Below are positions 14,542 through 25,189 of a stretch of 32,000 nucleotides of DNA, one piece after another (within the stretch, counting starts at the first letter, position 1; each line of letters opens with the position of its first letter). The translations under genes and the position numbers were made by a program. The notes under the pieces are model-generated. The model was given only the letters and a program-made list of their open reading frames with translations. It was not told the DNA's origin and did no database searches. Source of the stretch: Candidatus Saganbacteria bacterium (GTDB lineage: Bacteria; Margulisbacteria; WOR-1; JAKLHX01); the NCBI GenBank assembly GCA_026387835.1, contig JAPLKZ010000010.1, positions 146,379-178,378 of the forward strand, written 5' to 3'.

Positions 14542-16233
14542 ATGGACAACCAGCAGATAGCAAAATATTTCTACGACATCGCGAAACTTCTCGAGATAAA
14601 GGACGAGAACCCCTTCAGGATACGTTCCTATCAAAAGGCCGCGCAGACGATCGAGGCTTATCCCGAGAGTATCGAGGACATTTACAACTCCGGCGGGATA
14701 GAGGAGCTCAAAAAGATTACGGGCATCGGCGACAGCATCTCCCATAAGATCGGGGAAACAATAGAACGCGGGCATCCAAAGATCATAGATGAACTGTTCA
14801 AGGAAGAACCGAAAGGCCTTCTGGGTATCATGGACATCCAGGGCATCGGCCCGAAGTTCACCAAGATGGTCTATAAAGAACTCGGGATCAGGAATGTAAA
14901 CGATCTTGAAAAAGCCGCGAAAAGCGGCAAGCTCCGGGGTCTTCCCGGAGTGGAAAAAAAGAGGATCGAAAATATCATCAAAGGCATTGATTCGTATAAA
15001 ACAAGGGCCTCAAAGCATTATATCGGCGATGTCCTGCCTTTTGCTAAGGAGATCGAAAGCATCCTTAAAAGATCGAGGTGCGTCAAGAAGATACTTATAT
15101 GCGGAAGCCTCCGCAGGATGAAAGAGAACATCGGAGATATAGATATTCTTGCGACCTCTGATGACAGGAAAGCGGTGATGGATGTCTTCACAAAACTCCC
15201 GCAAGTCAGGGATATCGTCGCGAAAGGCGATACAAAATCATCGGTCAGCCTGAAGAACGGCATGGACAGCGATCTGCGTGTGGTCGATGAGGAAAGTTTC
15301 GGGGCGGCATCTAATTATTTTACGGGATCAAAACAGCATAATATCAAAATGAGGCATGCCGCAATAAAAAAAGGCCTGAAGCTTAACGAGTACGGCGTCT
15401 TCAAAGGCAAGAGATGCGTTGCAGGAAGAAGCGAGGGCGAAGTCTTCAAAGCCCTGGGAATGCAGTTCATCCCGCCAGAGATAAGAGAGGACAGCGGAGA
15501 AGTGGAGCTAGCGCAAAAAAGGAAGCTCCCGACACTGATAGAACTTTCAGATATAAAAGGCGATTTTCATGTCCACTCAAATTACAGCGACGGCTCGGAC
15601 ACCATAGAAGAGATAGCTAAGGCCGCAAAAAAACTTGGGTATGAGTTCATCACGATCTCTGACCATTCGAAGTCCACAAAGATAGCCGGTGGCCTGACCG
15701 AAAAAGAGCTTCTAAAACAGATGGGGGAGATCGACCGTTTGAACAGGAAGATAAAAGGCATCAGGATACTGAAAGGCTCCGAAGTTGATATTTTACCTGA
15801 CGGGTCCCTTGATTTTGACGATGAAATACTTAAAAAGCTTGATGTCGTGGTAGCTTCGGTCCATTCAAGGTTCGGCATGGGCGAAGACGAGATGACGGGC
15901 AGGATTATTAAGGCGATGGAAAATAAATTCGTCACTATCATCGGCCATCCGACGGGAAGGCTGCTCAGCAGGCGTGACCCGTATAAATTGGATATTGACA
16001 GGCTTGCCGCTGCAGCAAAAAAATACGGAAAGGCGCTTGAGCTCAACTGCTATCCCGACCGGCTTGACCTGAGCGACATCAACTGCCGTCTTGCAAAAGA
16101 AAAGGACGTGAAGATAGCGATAGGTACTGATTCACATTCTGCCGTTCAGTTGTCTCATATGGAATTAGGCATCGGTATCGCGAGAAGAGGATGGCTGGGA
16201 AAAAAGGACGTATTAAACTGCCGGACTTATTAA
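14542..16233 (+). CDS. polX: family X DNA polymerase with C-terminal PHP domain
   Basis: The N-terminal HhH region is followed by ICGSLRRMKENIGDIDILA (nucleotidyltransferase), then PHP motifs DFHVHSNYSDGS...ITDHS...GTDSH. Its ATG directly follows the preceding stop codon. Confidence 0.9.
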   Translation: MDNQQIAKYFYDIAKLLEIKDENPFRIRSYQKAAQTIEAYPESIEDIYNSGGIEELKKITGIGDSISHKIGETIERGHPKIIDELFKEEPKGLLGIMDIQGIGPKFTKMVYKELGIRNVNDLEKAAKSGKLRGLPGVEKKRIENIIKGIDSYKTRASKHYIGDVLPFAKEIESILKRSRCVKKILICGSLRRMKENIGDIDILATSDDRKAVMDVFTKLPQVRDIVAKGDTKSSVSLKNGMDSDLRVVDEESFGAASNYFTGSKQHNIKMRHAAIKKGLKLNEYGVFKGKRCVAGRSEGEVFKALGMQFIPPEIREDSGEVELAQKRKLPTLIELSDIKGDFHVHSNYSDGSDTIEEIAKAAKKLGYEFITISDHSKSTKIAGGLTEKELLKQMGEIDRLNRKIKGIRILKGSEVDILPDGSLDFDDEILKKLDVVVASVHSRFGMGEDEMTGRIIKAMENKFVTIIGHPTGRLLSRRDPYKLDIDRLAAAAKKYGKALELNCYPDRLDLSDINCRLAKEKDVKIAIGTDSHSAVQLSHMELGIGIARRGWLGKKDVLNCRTY

Positions 16234-16238
16234 AGAGA

Positions 16239-17339
16239 TCAGAATCTTGAGGCTATGTTCTGCAGGAACTCCGGGACATCGATAGAGTGTTTTGGTTTTG
16301 GGGTCTGCTGGGGAACCTTTTCATGAGGCGTACTTTGAGGGACTGTCTTTGAAGCCTGCTCGAATATTACCGCGCCCGACTCGGCCCTCTGCCTGAAGCC
16401 TGTAGCTATCACTGTGATCATGATATCACCCTGCATTTTTTCGTCTATCACTGCTCCGAATATTATATTGGCGTCCGGGTCCACCGCGTTGTAGATGACC
16501 TGAGCTGCTTCGTTGACCTCGTAAAGTGTCAGGTCTGAACCGCCGGTCACGTTCATTATCACGCCTTTAGCGCCTGTTATCGTCTCTTCAAGCAGCGGGG
16601 AAGAGATCGCCTGCTCGGCCGCCTCTATCGCCCTGTTGTCCCCTCCGGCAAGCCCGATGCCCATCATCGCGGACCCCGCATCCATCATTATCGTCCGCAC
16701 GTCCGCAAAATCAAGATTGATCAGTCCGGGAACAGTTATCAGATCCGAGATGCCTTTGACGCCCTGGCGCAACACATCGTCCGCGACCTTAAAGGCATCG
16801 ATGATGGAGGTCCTTTTGTCAATCACCTGGAGAAGTTTATCGTTGGGGATGACTATCAGCGCGTCGACTTTTTCTTTTAAAAGAGCTATACCGTTCTCCG
16901 CCTGAGCTGTCCTGACAGGGCCTTCGAATTTGAACGGCTTTGTGACTACACCTATCGTCAGGACGCCGAGGTCCTTTGCAACTTCGGCTATTACGGGCGT
17001 GGATCCGGTCCCCGTGCCGCCGCCGAACCCGGCGGTCAAAAATATCATGTCAGCGCCTTCGACGACCTTGGCGATATCTTCGCGTGATTCTTCGGCCGCG
17101 CGCATCCCTATCTCGGGATTGGATCCGGCGCCAAGACCTTTTGTGAGCTTTCCGCCAAGCTGTATCTTGTTGTCCGAAAGAGAAACGTTCAGGGCCTGCA
17201 GGTCCGTGTTTGCCACCCAGAAATCGACGCCTTTAAGCCCTGCGCCTATCATGCGGTTCACGGCGTTCGTGCCCGCTCCGCCCACGCCGAAAACCTTGAT
17301 GTTCGCGAACCTTTTTATTTCATCACCCTTGGCCTGCAC
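16239..17339 (-). CDS. ftsZ: cell division protein FtsZ
   Basis: [13 protein letters not shown] and [20 protein letters not shown] (tubulin signature). The C-terminal peptide is [13 protein letters not shown] start at 17339 with AGGGGG upstream. Confidence 0.95.
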   Translation of the reverse strand: MQAKGDEIKRFANIKVFGVGGAGTNAVNRMIGAGLKGVDFWVANTDLQALNVSLSDNKIQLGGKLTKGLGAGSNPEIGMRAAEESREDIAKVVEGADMIFLTAGFGGGTGTGSTPVIAEVAKDLGVLTIGVVTKPFKFEGPVRTAQAENGIALLKEKVDALIVIPNDKLLQVIDKRTSIIDAFKVADDVLRQGVKGISDLITVPGLINLDFADVRTIMMDAGSAMMGIGLAGGDNRAIEAAEQAISSPLLEETITGAKGVIMNVTGGSDLTLYEVNEAAQVIYNAVDPDANIIFGAVIDEKMQGDIMITVIATGFRQRAESGAVIFEQASKTVPQSTPHEKVPQQTPKPKHSIDVPEFLQNIASRF

Positions 17340-17412
17340 TAATCATAACCCCCTATAAATAATAAACCTGTTTGCTGATTTTCTTGAGAAATTCATGCTG
17401 CTTGACTATTTT

Positions 17413-17421
17413 ATTTTAGCA
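17413..17421 (-). promoter_or_regulatory. extended -10 TGCTAAAAT in the ftsQ-ftsZ spacer (possible ftsZ promoter)
   Basis: RC of attttagca. It lies about 74 nt upstream of the ftsZ GTG. The same 9-mer precedes the DUF2156 gene. Confidence 0.35.
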
Positions 17422-17448
17422 TATCTTTATATGAAAACAAGAAGAAAA

Positions 17449-18201
17449 TCATTTTTTGAACCTGATCACGGGATCGTTCACCAGGCGGACATCAATATAT
17501 TCGATCTTTGATGTATCGCTGCCCGCGGACCTTAAAAGCTGGGCCAGGTTTGACAGTTTCCTGTCGATGTTATCCGGATATCCTATTTTTACATCCAGCG
17601 TGTCATCGATCAGGATACTCAGGCTGTCGGATTTTTTCATCACGAGGACGAACTTGCTTTTTGTAAATACCGGGCTCAGCGTCCTGAAGGATTTTTCGAT
17701 CGCCGACATCACGTCCGGCCTGACCCTTTTGTCATCGACTATCGATCCTTTCGGAAGACCGATAACTGTCGGCAATTTCGATACCTCGGCCTGTATCTGC
17801 GTGCGGGCGCTTCCCTTGACGGAATCTATTATCACGCCCTTTTCATCGACGACTATATAGTCACCGCCGACAAGGAATACCGCGAAAGGGGTCCTTTCTT
17901 CGATCTTTATTTCGATCGTTGACGGTATCTTTGCGGAAAGACGCGCATTTTTCACCTGCGGTATCTCTTTGAGTCGGCGCGTCACCTCGCGGTAATTGAC
18001 AAAAAAGATGTTCTCGTCAAATGAGATGTTGGCTTTTTGTTTTACCAGCTCGGGCGATATCATTGAATTGCCCGTGACGGTGATATTGTTGATCCTCCAG
18101 ACCGGAAGTGAAAGCAGGATTATCAGACAGCTCGCGGCTGCAAGGGAAAAGATGATCACTTTGACCGGTCTGAGATTTCTTTTTTTTTCTTTCTTTTTCA
18201 C
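17449..18201 (-). CDS. ftsQ: cell division protein FtsQ/DivIB (POTRA domain)
   Basis: A basic N-terminus and a TM segment are followed by INNITVTGNSMISPELVKQKANISFDENIFFVNYREVTRRLKEIPQVKNARL. The GTG start abuts the ddl stop. Confidence 0.85.
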   Translation of the reverse strand: MKKKEKKRNLRPVKVIIFSLAAASCLIILLSLPVWRINNITVTGNSMISPELVKQKANISFDENIFFVNYREVTRRLKEIPQVKNARLSAKIPSTIEIKIEERTPFAVFLVGGDYIVVDEKGVIIDSVKGSARTQIQAEVSKLPTVIGLPKGSIVDDKRVRPDVMSAIEKSFRTLSPVFTKSKFVLVMKKSDSLSILIDDTLDVKIGYPDNIDRKLSNLAQLLRSAGSDTSKIEYIDVRLVNDPVIRFKK

Positions 18202-19146
18202 TTACAAAGCGCTCTCAAGGATGCGCAGAACAAGTTCGTCATAAGATATGCCCCCGGATGCCGCCTGGGCCGGCAGGTCCGAAAGGTCAGTCATGCCGGG
18301 TATAGTGTTGGCGTCATGCACATAAGGGGTCCCGTCGCTGTCGACGATCATGTCCACCCTGGCAAACCCCGCACATCCGATAGACCTGTACGCGTCAAGC
18401 GCGGTCTTTTGAACCCTTTGATAGACGGGCTTCGGAAGCCTTGCAGGGATGACGAACTCCGTCATGCCGGAAGTATATTTGGCCGCGTAGTCATAGAACA
18501 CGGATTTTGTCACAAGCTCAAGGACCGGAAGGGCCCTGGCGTTTTCTCCTGTTCCTAGTATCCCGACAGTCACCTGTACGCCGGCTATATATTCTTCAAT
18601 AAATACATCCCCGAACTCCTTGACCGTGCTTTCTACCGTCCCGAATAGTTTGTCCTTTTCATGGATTATTGTCACTCCGAGGCTCGAACCCTCCGAAACG
18701 GGTTTCACTACAAGTGGCACAGGGAAAGTCGTGCTGACCCTGTCACACTGTACCGGAATATCTTTCTCTTTGTCGATCTCGATGAACTTAGGGGTTGGAA
18801 TGCCGCATGACATCCATATTTTCTTTGAAGCCGCCTTATTCATGCCAACCGCGCTTGCAAGTACTTTAGAACCCGTATAAGGAATACCAAGTATTTCAAG
18901 AAGCCCCTGGATAGAACCGTCCTCGCCGTATCTTCCGTGCAGCATTATGCAGGCGATATCCGGCTTTTTATTTCTGAGTTCGCTGATGAATTCTTCTTTA
19001 GTGTCCACCAGGAATGCATCCAGCCCTTGCGAGACAAGGGACTCGTGGACCTTTTTGCCCGAACGCAGAGATACGTCCCTTTCACCGGAAATGCCGCCGT
19101 AAAGGACCGCGATCTTTTTGTTCTTGAACTTTTCTATAATAGACAT
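18202..19146 (-). CDS. ddl: D-alanine--D-alanine ligase
   Basis: KIAVLYGGISGERDVSLRSG...HGRYGEDGSIQGLLEILGIPYTGS...ARVDMIVDSDGTPYVHDANTIPGMT. Confidence 0.95.
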   Translation of the reverse strand: MSIIEKFKNKKIAVLYGGISGERDVSLRSGKKVHESLVSQGLDAFLVDTKEEFISELRNKKPDIACIMLHGRYGEDGSIQGLLEILGIPYTGSKVLASAVGMNKAASKKIWMSCGIPTPKFIEIDKEKDIPVQCDRVSTTFPVPLVVKPVSEGSSLGVTIIHEKDKLFGTVESTVKEFGDVFIEEYIAGVQVTVGILGTGENARALPVLELVTKSVFYDYAAKYTSGMTEFVIPARLPKPVYQRVQKTALDAYRSIGCAGFARVDMIVDSDGTPYVHDANTIPGMTDLSDLPAQAASGGISYDELVLRILESAL

Positions 19147-19174
19147 GTCTTCATTCTTATATTATCAAACCAAA

Positions 19175-19183
19175 TGTTATAAT
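19175..19183 (+). promoter_or_regulatory. extended -10 TGTTATAAT, 10 nt before the GNAT ATG
   Basis: Plus strand reads tgttataat tcaaattaac ATG(19194). There is no SD. Confidence 0.45.
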
Positions 19184-19193
19184 TCAAATTAAC

Positions 19194-19601
19194 ATGAAAA
19201 TGCGCCCGGCAAGACCCGATGAGATAAAAACAATTTATGGTTTGGCATATAAAATGGACCTGGATTCGCAGGACATGGACTATGAGGACTTTACCGTGAT
19301 TGAAGACAAAGGGTATATAGTCGCTTTTGGAAGGCTTAAAAAGCGGGGCGACGCGATCGAGTTGGGGACTTTAGGCGTCGTTGAGAAATACCGCGGCAAA
19401 GGTCTGGCTAAAAAGATCGTCGGCGATCTTCTTTCAAAAACTGACAGGGATGTTTATCTTACGACCCTCATCCCTGCATTCTTTGAAAAGTTCGGTTTTA
19501 AGGAGCTCTCTACCCCTCCCCCGCAATCACTTATCAGGACAAAAGAATTCTGCGAGGGGTGCGGAAAAGTTGGATGCACATTAATGAAGCTGGAAAGATA
19601 A
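19194..19601 (+). CDS. GNAT family N-acetyltransferase with C-terminal CxxCxxxxC cluster
   Basis: Acetyl-CoA loop LGVVEKYRGKGLAKKIV. The C-terminus reads EFCEGCGKVGCTLMKLER. Length is 135 aa. Confidence 0.8.
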   Translation: MKMRPARPDEIKTIYGLAYKMDLDSQDMDYEDFTVIEDKGYIVAFGRLKKRGDAIELGTLGVVEKYRGKGLAKKIVGDLLSKTDRDVYLTTLIPAFFEKFGFKELSTPPPQSLIRTKEFCEGCGKVGCTLMKLER

Positions 19602-19660
19602 ATTAATTTCTAATGTCTAATTATCAAATAATCCTTCCTCAATTAGTCATTCGTCATTAG

Positions 19661-20062
19661 TCATTTCTTTTTCGGCTGGTGGCCTTTCGGATAACACGCC
19701 TTGACCACCGTCTTTATCCCCCCGCGCGGGTTGAAATCACCTGCAATTTCAGCCTTCTTCGGTTTGCAGGCAAAAACAAAATCTTTCAGTATCCTGTTCA
19801 CTGAGTTCTCCATAAAGATGCCGATATTCCTGTAAGAGTTGAAATATGCCTTTAAAGATTTAAGCTCGGCGCAAAATTTACCGGGGATGTATTTGATGGT
19901 GATAGTCCCGAAGTCGGGAAGGCCGGTCTTGGGACAGACGGAAGTGAATTCCGGCTCAATAATCGTGATCTCGTAATCCTGAAAATTATTCTCGAATATT
20001 TCTATTTTCGGAAGTTTGTCCGCTAATCCTGACTTTGCGTGATTTTGATATTTTTCTTTCAA
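19661..20062 (-). CDS. queF: NADPH-dependent 7-cyano-7-deazaguanine (preQ0) reductase, type I
   Basis: EPEFTSVCPKTGLPDFGTITIKYIP...LKSLKAYFNSYRN (the QueF motif and catalytic Cys). Confidence 0.9.
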   Translation of the reverse strand: MKEKYQNHAKSGLADKLPKIEIFENNFQDYEITIIEPEFTSVCPKTGLPDFGTITIKYIPGKFCAELKSLKAYFNSYRNIGIFMENSVNRILKDFVFACKPKKAEIAGDFNPRGGIKTVVKACYPKGHQPKKK

Positions 20063-20064
20063 TA

Positions 20065-20994
20065 TTAAGCTTTACCGGAACAGCCGAGCACATCGGATAT
20101 CTTGTGCTTTACTACCTTTTTGATCTCATCCCTTGCCGGGCCGAGATATTTTCTCGGATCAAATTCTGCGGGAGATTCCGTGAATATTTTTCTTATCGTC
20201 GCCGTCATAGCAAGTCTCAGGTCCGTATCGATATTGATCTTGCATATCGCGCCTTTTGCCGCCTCACGGAGCATCTCTTCCGGGACACCCTTGGCTCCGG
20301 GAAGTTTTCCCCCGTATTTATTGCATTCGTCTACCAGGTACTGAGGAACCGAAGACGCACCGTGCAGGACGAGGGGAAAGTTAGGGAGCCTTCTTGCTAT
20401 CTCAGCTAACCGCGCAAGGTCCAATTTTGCTTCACCCTTGAACTTATACGCCCCGTGAGAAGTCCCGATCGCGATAGCAAGCGAATCGCAACCTGTTTCT
20501 TTTACGAATCTTTCGGCCTCGTCAGGGTCTGTATAGGTCGCGTCCTTTGCCGCCACTTTTACTGCATCTTCGACACCGGCCAATTTCCCAAGCTCCGCTT
20601 CGACGGTTACTCCTTTAGGGTGCGCATAATCAACTACCTGTTTTGTCAGGCGGATATTTTCTTCAAGAGGATATTTGGAGCCGTCTATCATCACGGACGA
20701 GAACCCGCCGTCCACGCAGGATTTGCACACCTCAAAATCCTCGCCGTGGTCCAAATGCAGGGCTATCGGAAGGTCGGCGGTCAAAAGCGCCGCTTCAACT
20801 AATTTGACCAGGTATTCGTGCCTCGCATATTTCCTTGCACCGGCAGACACCTGGAGGATCAACGGAGCTTTCTCTTCCTTAGCTGCATCCACTATGCCCT
20901 GCAGGATTTCCATGTCATTTACATTGAACGCACCTACTGCATATCCTCCGGAATAGGCTTTCTTGAACATCTCTCTTGTAGAAACTAAAGGCAT
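20065..20994 (-). CDS. fba: class II fructose-1,6-bisphosphate aldolase
   Basis: MPLVSTREMFKKAYSGGYAVGAFNVNDMEILQGIVDAAKEEKAPLILQVS...LHLDHG...LVLHGASSVP. SD GGAAGGAG is upstream. The gene ends 2 nt before queF. Confidence 0.9.
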   Translation of the reverse strand: MPLVSTREMFKKAYSGGYAVGAFNVNDMEILQGIVDAAKEEKAPLILQVSAGARKYARHEYLVKLVEAALLTADLPIALHLDHGEDFEVCKSCVDGGFSSVMIDGSKYPLEENIRLTKQVVDYAHPKGVTVEAELGKLAGVEDAVKVAAKDATYTDPDEAERFVKETGCDSLAIAIGTSHGAYKFKGEAKLDLARLAEIARRLPNFPLVLHGASSVPQYLVDECNKYGGKLPGAKGVPEEMLREAAKGAICKINIDTDLRLAMTATIRKIFTESPAEFDPRKYLGPARDEIKKVVKHKISDVLGCSGKA

Positions 20995-21027
20995 TGTTTT
21001 CTCCTTCCAAATATATTCTCAATTTTA

Positions 21028-21036
21028 ATTATAACA
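21028..21036 (-). promoter_or_regulatory. extended -10 TGTTATAAT for fba-queF
   Basis: RC of attataaca. It lies about 33 nt upstream of the fba ATG, and the leader contains GGAAGGAG. Confidence 0.45.
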
Positions 21037-21073
21037 TAAGGATTAAGCCTGCTGCTTTTTTGCAATTTTCACC

Positions 21074-21089
21074 TGTTATAATGTATAAT
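21074..21089 (+). promoter_or_regulatory. overlapping -10 elements TGTTATAAT / TATAAT for ktrBA
   Basis: Plus strand reads tgttataatgtataat, 14-21 nt upstream of the ATG at 21104. There is no SD in the short leader. Confidence 0.4.
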
Positions 21090-21103
21090 AATCCAATAAT
21101 AAT

Positions 21104-22417
21104 ATGTTCAAGATCAGGCCGTCGATAGTAATAGCTGTAAGTTTTTTCATCGTGATACTGGCGGGCGCATTGCTGCTGCAGCTGCCTATATCTTCGTCGA
21201 ACGGAACTTTTACAAAGTTCCTTGACTCTTACTTTACCGCGAACTCAGCCACCTGTGTGACAGGCTTAGTATGCCTTGACACGGGGGTCCATTTTTCATT
21301 TTTCGGACAGTTCATCATACTCCTGTTGATACAGATCGGCGGTCTCGGATATATGACTTTTTCCACTTTTCTGGTTCTTCTTTTCAGGAAGAAGATGTTC
21401 ATCACAGAAAAAATTGCGGTTCAGGAAGCGCTTAACATCCATTCCACAAATGACGTAATAAATGTCGTCAAAAGGATTTTCGGCATCGTCTTTGTGATAG
21501 AAGGTGCAGGGGCTTTGATCCTTTTTCTTAGATGGCTGCCTGAACTTGGACTGAGACATGCCTTATGGTATTCGATATTTCATTCTGTATCCGCTTTTTG
21601 CAACGCGGGGTTCGCCCTCCCAGCTAATTTTGCCAATCTGACCGCCTACAAGGCCGACATCGTTGTCAACCTGACTATTACTTCTCTGATAATACTTGGC
21701 GGCCTCGGGTTCCTGGTAATAGCAGATATTATCCAGAACCGGAGATTTTCTCTCCAGTCAAAGACCGTCATAGCCACGACCGCGTTTCTGATAATTTCGG
21801 GAACGCTCGCAATATTTGCCATGGAGTTCAATAATCTTTCCGTGATGGGCGGCTTGAGCGTCGGGGGGAAATTCCTGTCTTCCTATTTTCAGGCTGTCAC
21901 GCCGAGAACCGCAGGTTTTAATACTCTTGATATCGGACATCTCTCCCATACAACGCTCCTGCTCATGATGGGGCTGATGTTCATAGGTGCAAGCCCCGGC
22001 GGTACCGGAGGCGGGATAAAGACGACTACTTTCGCCCTGATCACGTGGACGATCATCGCAACATTGAAGAACAATAAGAATACCGTTTTATTTGACCGTA
22101 AGATCCCTGCCGAGACTATCAGGCGCGCGTTCGTGATATTCTTTCTTTCGATAATAGTTGTCGCGTGCGCGGTGTTCATGTTGAACGGCATAGAGAAATT
22201 TTCGCTTATGGAGATCGCTTTTGAAGTATTCTCGGCGTTTGGCACCGTGGGTCTTTCGACGGGCATTACGCCTTTTCTGTCAGATGCCGGTAAAATAGTC
22301 ATTATATCCGTTATGTTCATCGGACGCGTCGGGGCCCTCACGCTGCTTGCCGCTCTGTCGGGCCACGAAGGCAAACATCATATTGAATATCCAAAAGAAG
22401 GAATATCGATAGGTTAA
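21104..22417 (+). CDS. ktrB: TrkH/KtrB family potassium transporter membrane subunit
   Basis: 437 aa and polytopic. It has repeated pore-loop segments with conserved Gly (SATCVTGL, NAGFAL, RTAGFNT, STGITP). Confidence 0.85.
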   Translation: MFKIRPSIVIAVSFFIVILAGALLLQLPISSSNGTFTKFLDSYFTANSATCVTGLVCLDTGVHFSFFGQFIILLLIQIGGLGYMTFSTFLVLLFRKKMFITEKIAVQEALNIHSTNDVINVVKRIFGIVFVIEGAGALILFLRWLPELGLRHALWYSIFHSVSAFCNAGFALPANFANLTAYKADIVVNLTITSLIILGGLGFLVIADIIQNRRFSLQSKTVIATTAFLIISGTLAIFAMEFNNLSVMGGLSVGGKFLSSYFQAVTPRTAGFNTLDIGHLSHTTLLLMMGLMFIGASPGGTGGGIKTTTFALITWTIIATLKNNKNTVLFDRKIPAETIRRAFVIFFLSIIVVACAVFMLNGIEKFSLMEIAFEVFSAFGTVGLSTGITPFLSDAGKIVIISVMFIGRVGALTLLAALSGHEGKHHIEYPKEGISIG

Positions 22418-22431
22418 TAAAGGAGGGGGAA

Positions 22432-23097
22432 ATGAAAAAGCAATTTGCGGTTCTTGGGATCGGGAGGTTCGGTTCAAAGGTGGCCAGGGAGTTGTTCTAC
22501 AGGGGGCAAGAGGTCATTGTCATGGACAAGGACGAGCATAAGATCCAGCAGGTCAGGGACGAAGTGACCCACGCATATATCGGGGATATAACAGATGAGG
22601 CCGCTCTTAAAGAAGCGGGGATCAATGATTGCGATATCGCGATAATAAGCGAGAGCTCCAATATCGAATCTAATCTCATCGCATGCCAGATTTGCAAAAG
22701 TTTCGGGATAAAAAAGGTCATAGCAAAAGCCCAAAACACGCTCCACGGAAAAATACTGGTCAAACTGCAGGTGGACCAGATAGTGTACCCGGAACAGGAT
22801 ACTGCCATAAAACTCGTCAACAAGATGACTTCGGACAGGATCCTTGACTATATCGAGCTCGGCGAGCATATAAATATCGTCAGTGTAGAAGCGCCCGCTA
22901 AAATGGAAAACCTGACTATCAGAGAACTCGCGCTCAGAAGAAGGTTCCACGTGACGATACTCGGGATAAAACGGGGTGAAGAACTGATATTCAACCTGAC
23001 GGACGATAATATTATTGAAAAGGGTGATATCCTGGTCGTGTTCGGCGAGACGGAGAACCTGAAAAAACTTAATATGGATGTAACGCATAAGACGTGA
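22432..23097 (+). CDS. ktrA: TrkA/KtrA potassium uptake regulatory subunit (RCK N and C domains)
   Basis: [38 protein letters not shown] (Rossmann GxGxxG). Length is 221 aa. SD AAAGGAGGGGG is upstream. Confidence 0.85.
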   Translation: MKKQFAVLGIGRFGSKVARELFYRGQEVIVMDKDEHKIQQVRDEVTHAYIGDITDEAALKEAGINDCDIAIISESSNIESNLIACQICKSFGIKKVIAKAQNTLHGKILVKLQVDQIVYPEQDTAIKLVNKMTSDRILDYIELGEHINIVSVEAPAKMENLTIRELALRRRFHVTILGIKRGEELIFNLTDDNIIEKGDILVVFGETENLKKLNMDVTHKT

Positions 23098-23975
23098 GAC
23101 AAACGGTCTATAATACTGATTTTCCAAAATTAAAATTATTCAACCGCGGCAAGGTGCGGGACATATATGACCTTGGAGAAAACCTTCTGATAGTCGCGAC
23201 TGACAGGCTTTCCGCCTTTGATATAGTCATGCCGAATCCCATTCCCAGAAAAGGAGAGGTTCTGACAAAGATATCCCTTTTTTGGTTCGACGCTCTAAAA
23301 GATATCATTGAAAATCATCTCATCTCCGCTGATCCCAAAAATTATCCCAAAGAATGCAGAGAATACGCGGACAATCTTAAAGACCGCTCAATGCTCGTGA
23401 AAAGATCCAAGCCTCTTCCGGTTGAGTGTATTGTGAGAGGCTATATTTCCGGTTCAGGCTGGAAAGATTACAAGACGACGGGAACTATTTCTGGGATAAA
23501 ACTTCCAAAAGACTTAAAAGAATCGGATAAGCTCCCTGAACCGATATTTACTCCTTCCACAAAAGAAGAGGTCGGGACACATGACCAGACGATCGACTTT
23601 GAAAGAACAAAAATGCTCTTAGGAAATAAGACCGCAAAAATGATAAAAGAGGCCTCGATCGCTTTATACAACAAAGCATCCGAGATCGCAGCTAAAAAGG
23701 GCATTATCATCTCCGACACCAAGTTCGAGTTCGGCTTCTATAATGATGAAATAATACTGATTGACGAGGTTTTGACCCCCGACTCTTCCCGTTTCTGGCC
23801 CAAAGACGATTACAAGCCTGGAAGACCGCAAAAAAGCTTTGACAAGCAGTTCACCAGGGATTATCTGCTATCCATCAAATGGGACCAGAAGCCCCCAGCG
23901 CCTGAACTACCCGAGGAGATAATATCGAAGACATCAGAAAAATATATTGAGGCTTTGAATAGATTGACCGCTTAA
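23094..23975 (+). CDS. purC: phosphoribosylaminoimidazole-succinocarboxamide (SAICAR) synthase
   Basis: [39 protein letters not shown]...ISDTKFEFG. The GTG start overlaps the ktrA stop (GTGA). Confidence 0.9.
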   Translation: MRQTVYNTDFPKLKLFNRGKVRDIYDLGENLLIVATDRLSAFDIVMPNPIPRKGEVLTKISLFWFDALKDIIENHLISADPKNYPKECREYADNLKDRSMLVKRSKPLPVECIVRGYISGSGWKDYKTTGTISGIKLPKDLKESDKLPEPIFTPSTKEEVGTHDQTIDFERTKMLLGNKTAKMIKEASIALYNKASEIAAKKGIIISDTKFEFGFYNDEIILIDEVLTPDSSRFWPKDDYKPGRPQKSFDKQFTRDYLLSIKWDQKPPAPELPEEIISKTSEKYIEALNRLTA

Positions 23976-25189
23976 ACCTTGCCGGCCGGCAGCTCAATTG
24001 TAAATACAGACCCTTTCCCCTTTTCGCTCTTAACGCTTATCCTTCCTCTGTGGGCATTAACGACCCATTTTGCGATAGCAAGCCCGAGCCCCATCCCTTC
24101 TTTTCCGGTCCTTTCAACCCGGTAAAATATATCGAATATTTTCTTTTGCAATTTTGGGTCTATGCCCGGACCGTCATCAGAAACTTTGACCGTGAATTTC
24201 CCGGCCTTTTTTTCGACAGATATTTCTATCCGGCCGTTTTCCTTTGTATTCTTGGCCGAATTTTCAAGGAGGTTGCCGATGACCTTTCGTATCTGACCCT
24301 CATCGGCGTTGATCAATGATTCATCGGACAAATTCAGGATTAAATTCCTTCCCGGATATCTGCTTTTGGTCATTTGCGCCTCGTTCACGATCATATCTGA
24401 AAGATCAAACTGCTTTTTGCTTATTTTTTCGGACCCTGTCGCACTTTTAAAGATATACATAAAATTTGAGACCAGCCTGCCCATGAAATCGCTTTGTTCT
24501 TTTATTTCATTGAATGCCTGGCGGGAATCATCATCTTTTGATCCTTTTCTCAGCGCGATCTCCGCTGTTCCGGAAATAACGGACAGAGGGGTCCTGAGCT
24601 CGTGCGAAGCAAAAGCTAAGAACTTCTTCTGGTTTTCCACTATCCCGTAAGAAACGATAAGCGAGACGACAAAACCGATTATCATTATTGTTGATAACAT
24701 TACAACGGAAAGCACCAGTTTAAGATATTCCAAATGCTGGTATATCCGTGAGACCGGCGCGGCAACGATCAGATAACCTATGCTGGTCTCGTTAATTTCA
24801 ATCAAACATTGATAAACCTTCATTTTTGTCCCGTCAGGCATCTCAACGTCCGACAATATACCGTCTCCGTCATTGATGAACGGCAGATATTCATTATTCA
24901 GCCTCTGGGATTTTGTCAGGGGTACGCCTTTTACGTCAGTAAACTCTACAAGGATATCGGAAGTGGCAAAAACAGTCTTGCTGGGATGCGCTAAATATTC
25001 CTGCGGCCTCAATTTAAACTCCGCAGGATCTTTCGCGATCTCTATTACAATATCATTGGCGAAATCGTATAATCCATATTCAAACGCCTCAATTATATTG
25101 ATCCTGTAATACAGATATAACACGGTCGAAGAGAACGAAAGTATCAGTGTAAGGACGGAAATGATGATTATTGTTAATCTTGTCCGCAT
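23972..25189 (-). CDS. sensor histidine kinase (two TM segments, periplasmic loop, HisKA plus HATPase_c)
   Basis: H-box [20 protein letters not shown]1 and G2 boxes: [24 protein letters not shown]. Confidence 0.9.
   Translation of the reverse strand: MRTRLTIIIISVLTLILSFSSTVLYLYYRINIIEAFEYGLYDFANDIVIEIAKDPAEFKLRPQEYLAHPSKTVFATSDILVEFTDVKGVPLTKSQRLNNEYLPFINDGDGILSDVEMPDGTKMKVYQCLIEINETSIGYLIVAAPVSRIYQHLEYLKLVLSVVMLSTIMIIGFVVSLIVSYGIVENQKKFLAFASHELRTPLSVISGTAEIALRKGSKDDDSRQAFNEIKEQSDFMGRLVSNFMYIFKSATGSEKISKKQFDLSDMIVNEAQMTKSRYPGRNLILNLSDESLINADEGQIRKVIGNLLENSAKNTKENGRIEISVEKKAGKFTVKVSDDGPGIDPKLQKKIFDIFYRVERTGKEGMGLGLAIAKWVVNAHRGRISVKSEKGKGSVFTIELPAGKV

Noticed and set aside
19640-19668. Direct repeat ATTAGTCATT-cgtc-ATTAGTCATT at the GNAT/queF convergent junction
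   Set aside because: It is short and AT-rich and partly consists of the queF stop region. There is no hairpin or other supporting structure.
22474-23127. 217-aa ORF antisense to the whole of ktrA
   Set aside because: It mirrors a confidently assigned gene. There is no SD or promoter, and the product is low-complexity Tyr/Phe/Asp-rich. It is a typical stop-free shadow frame.
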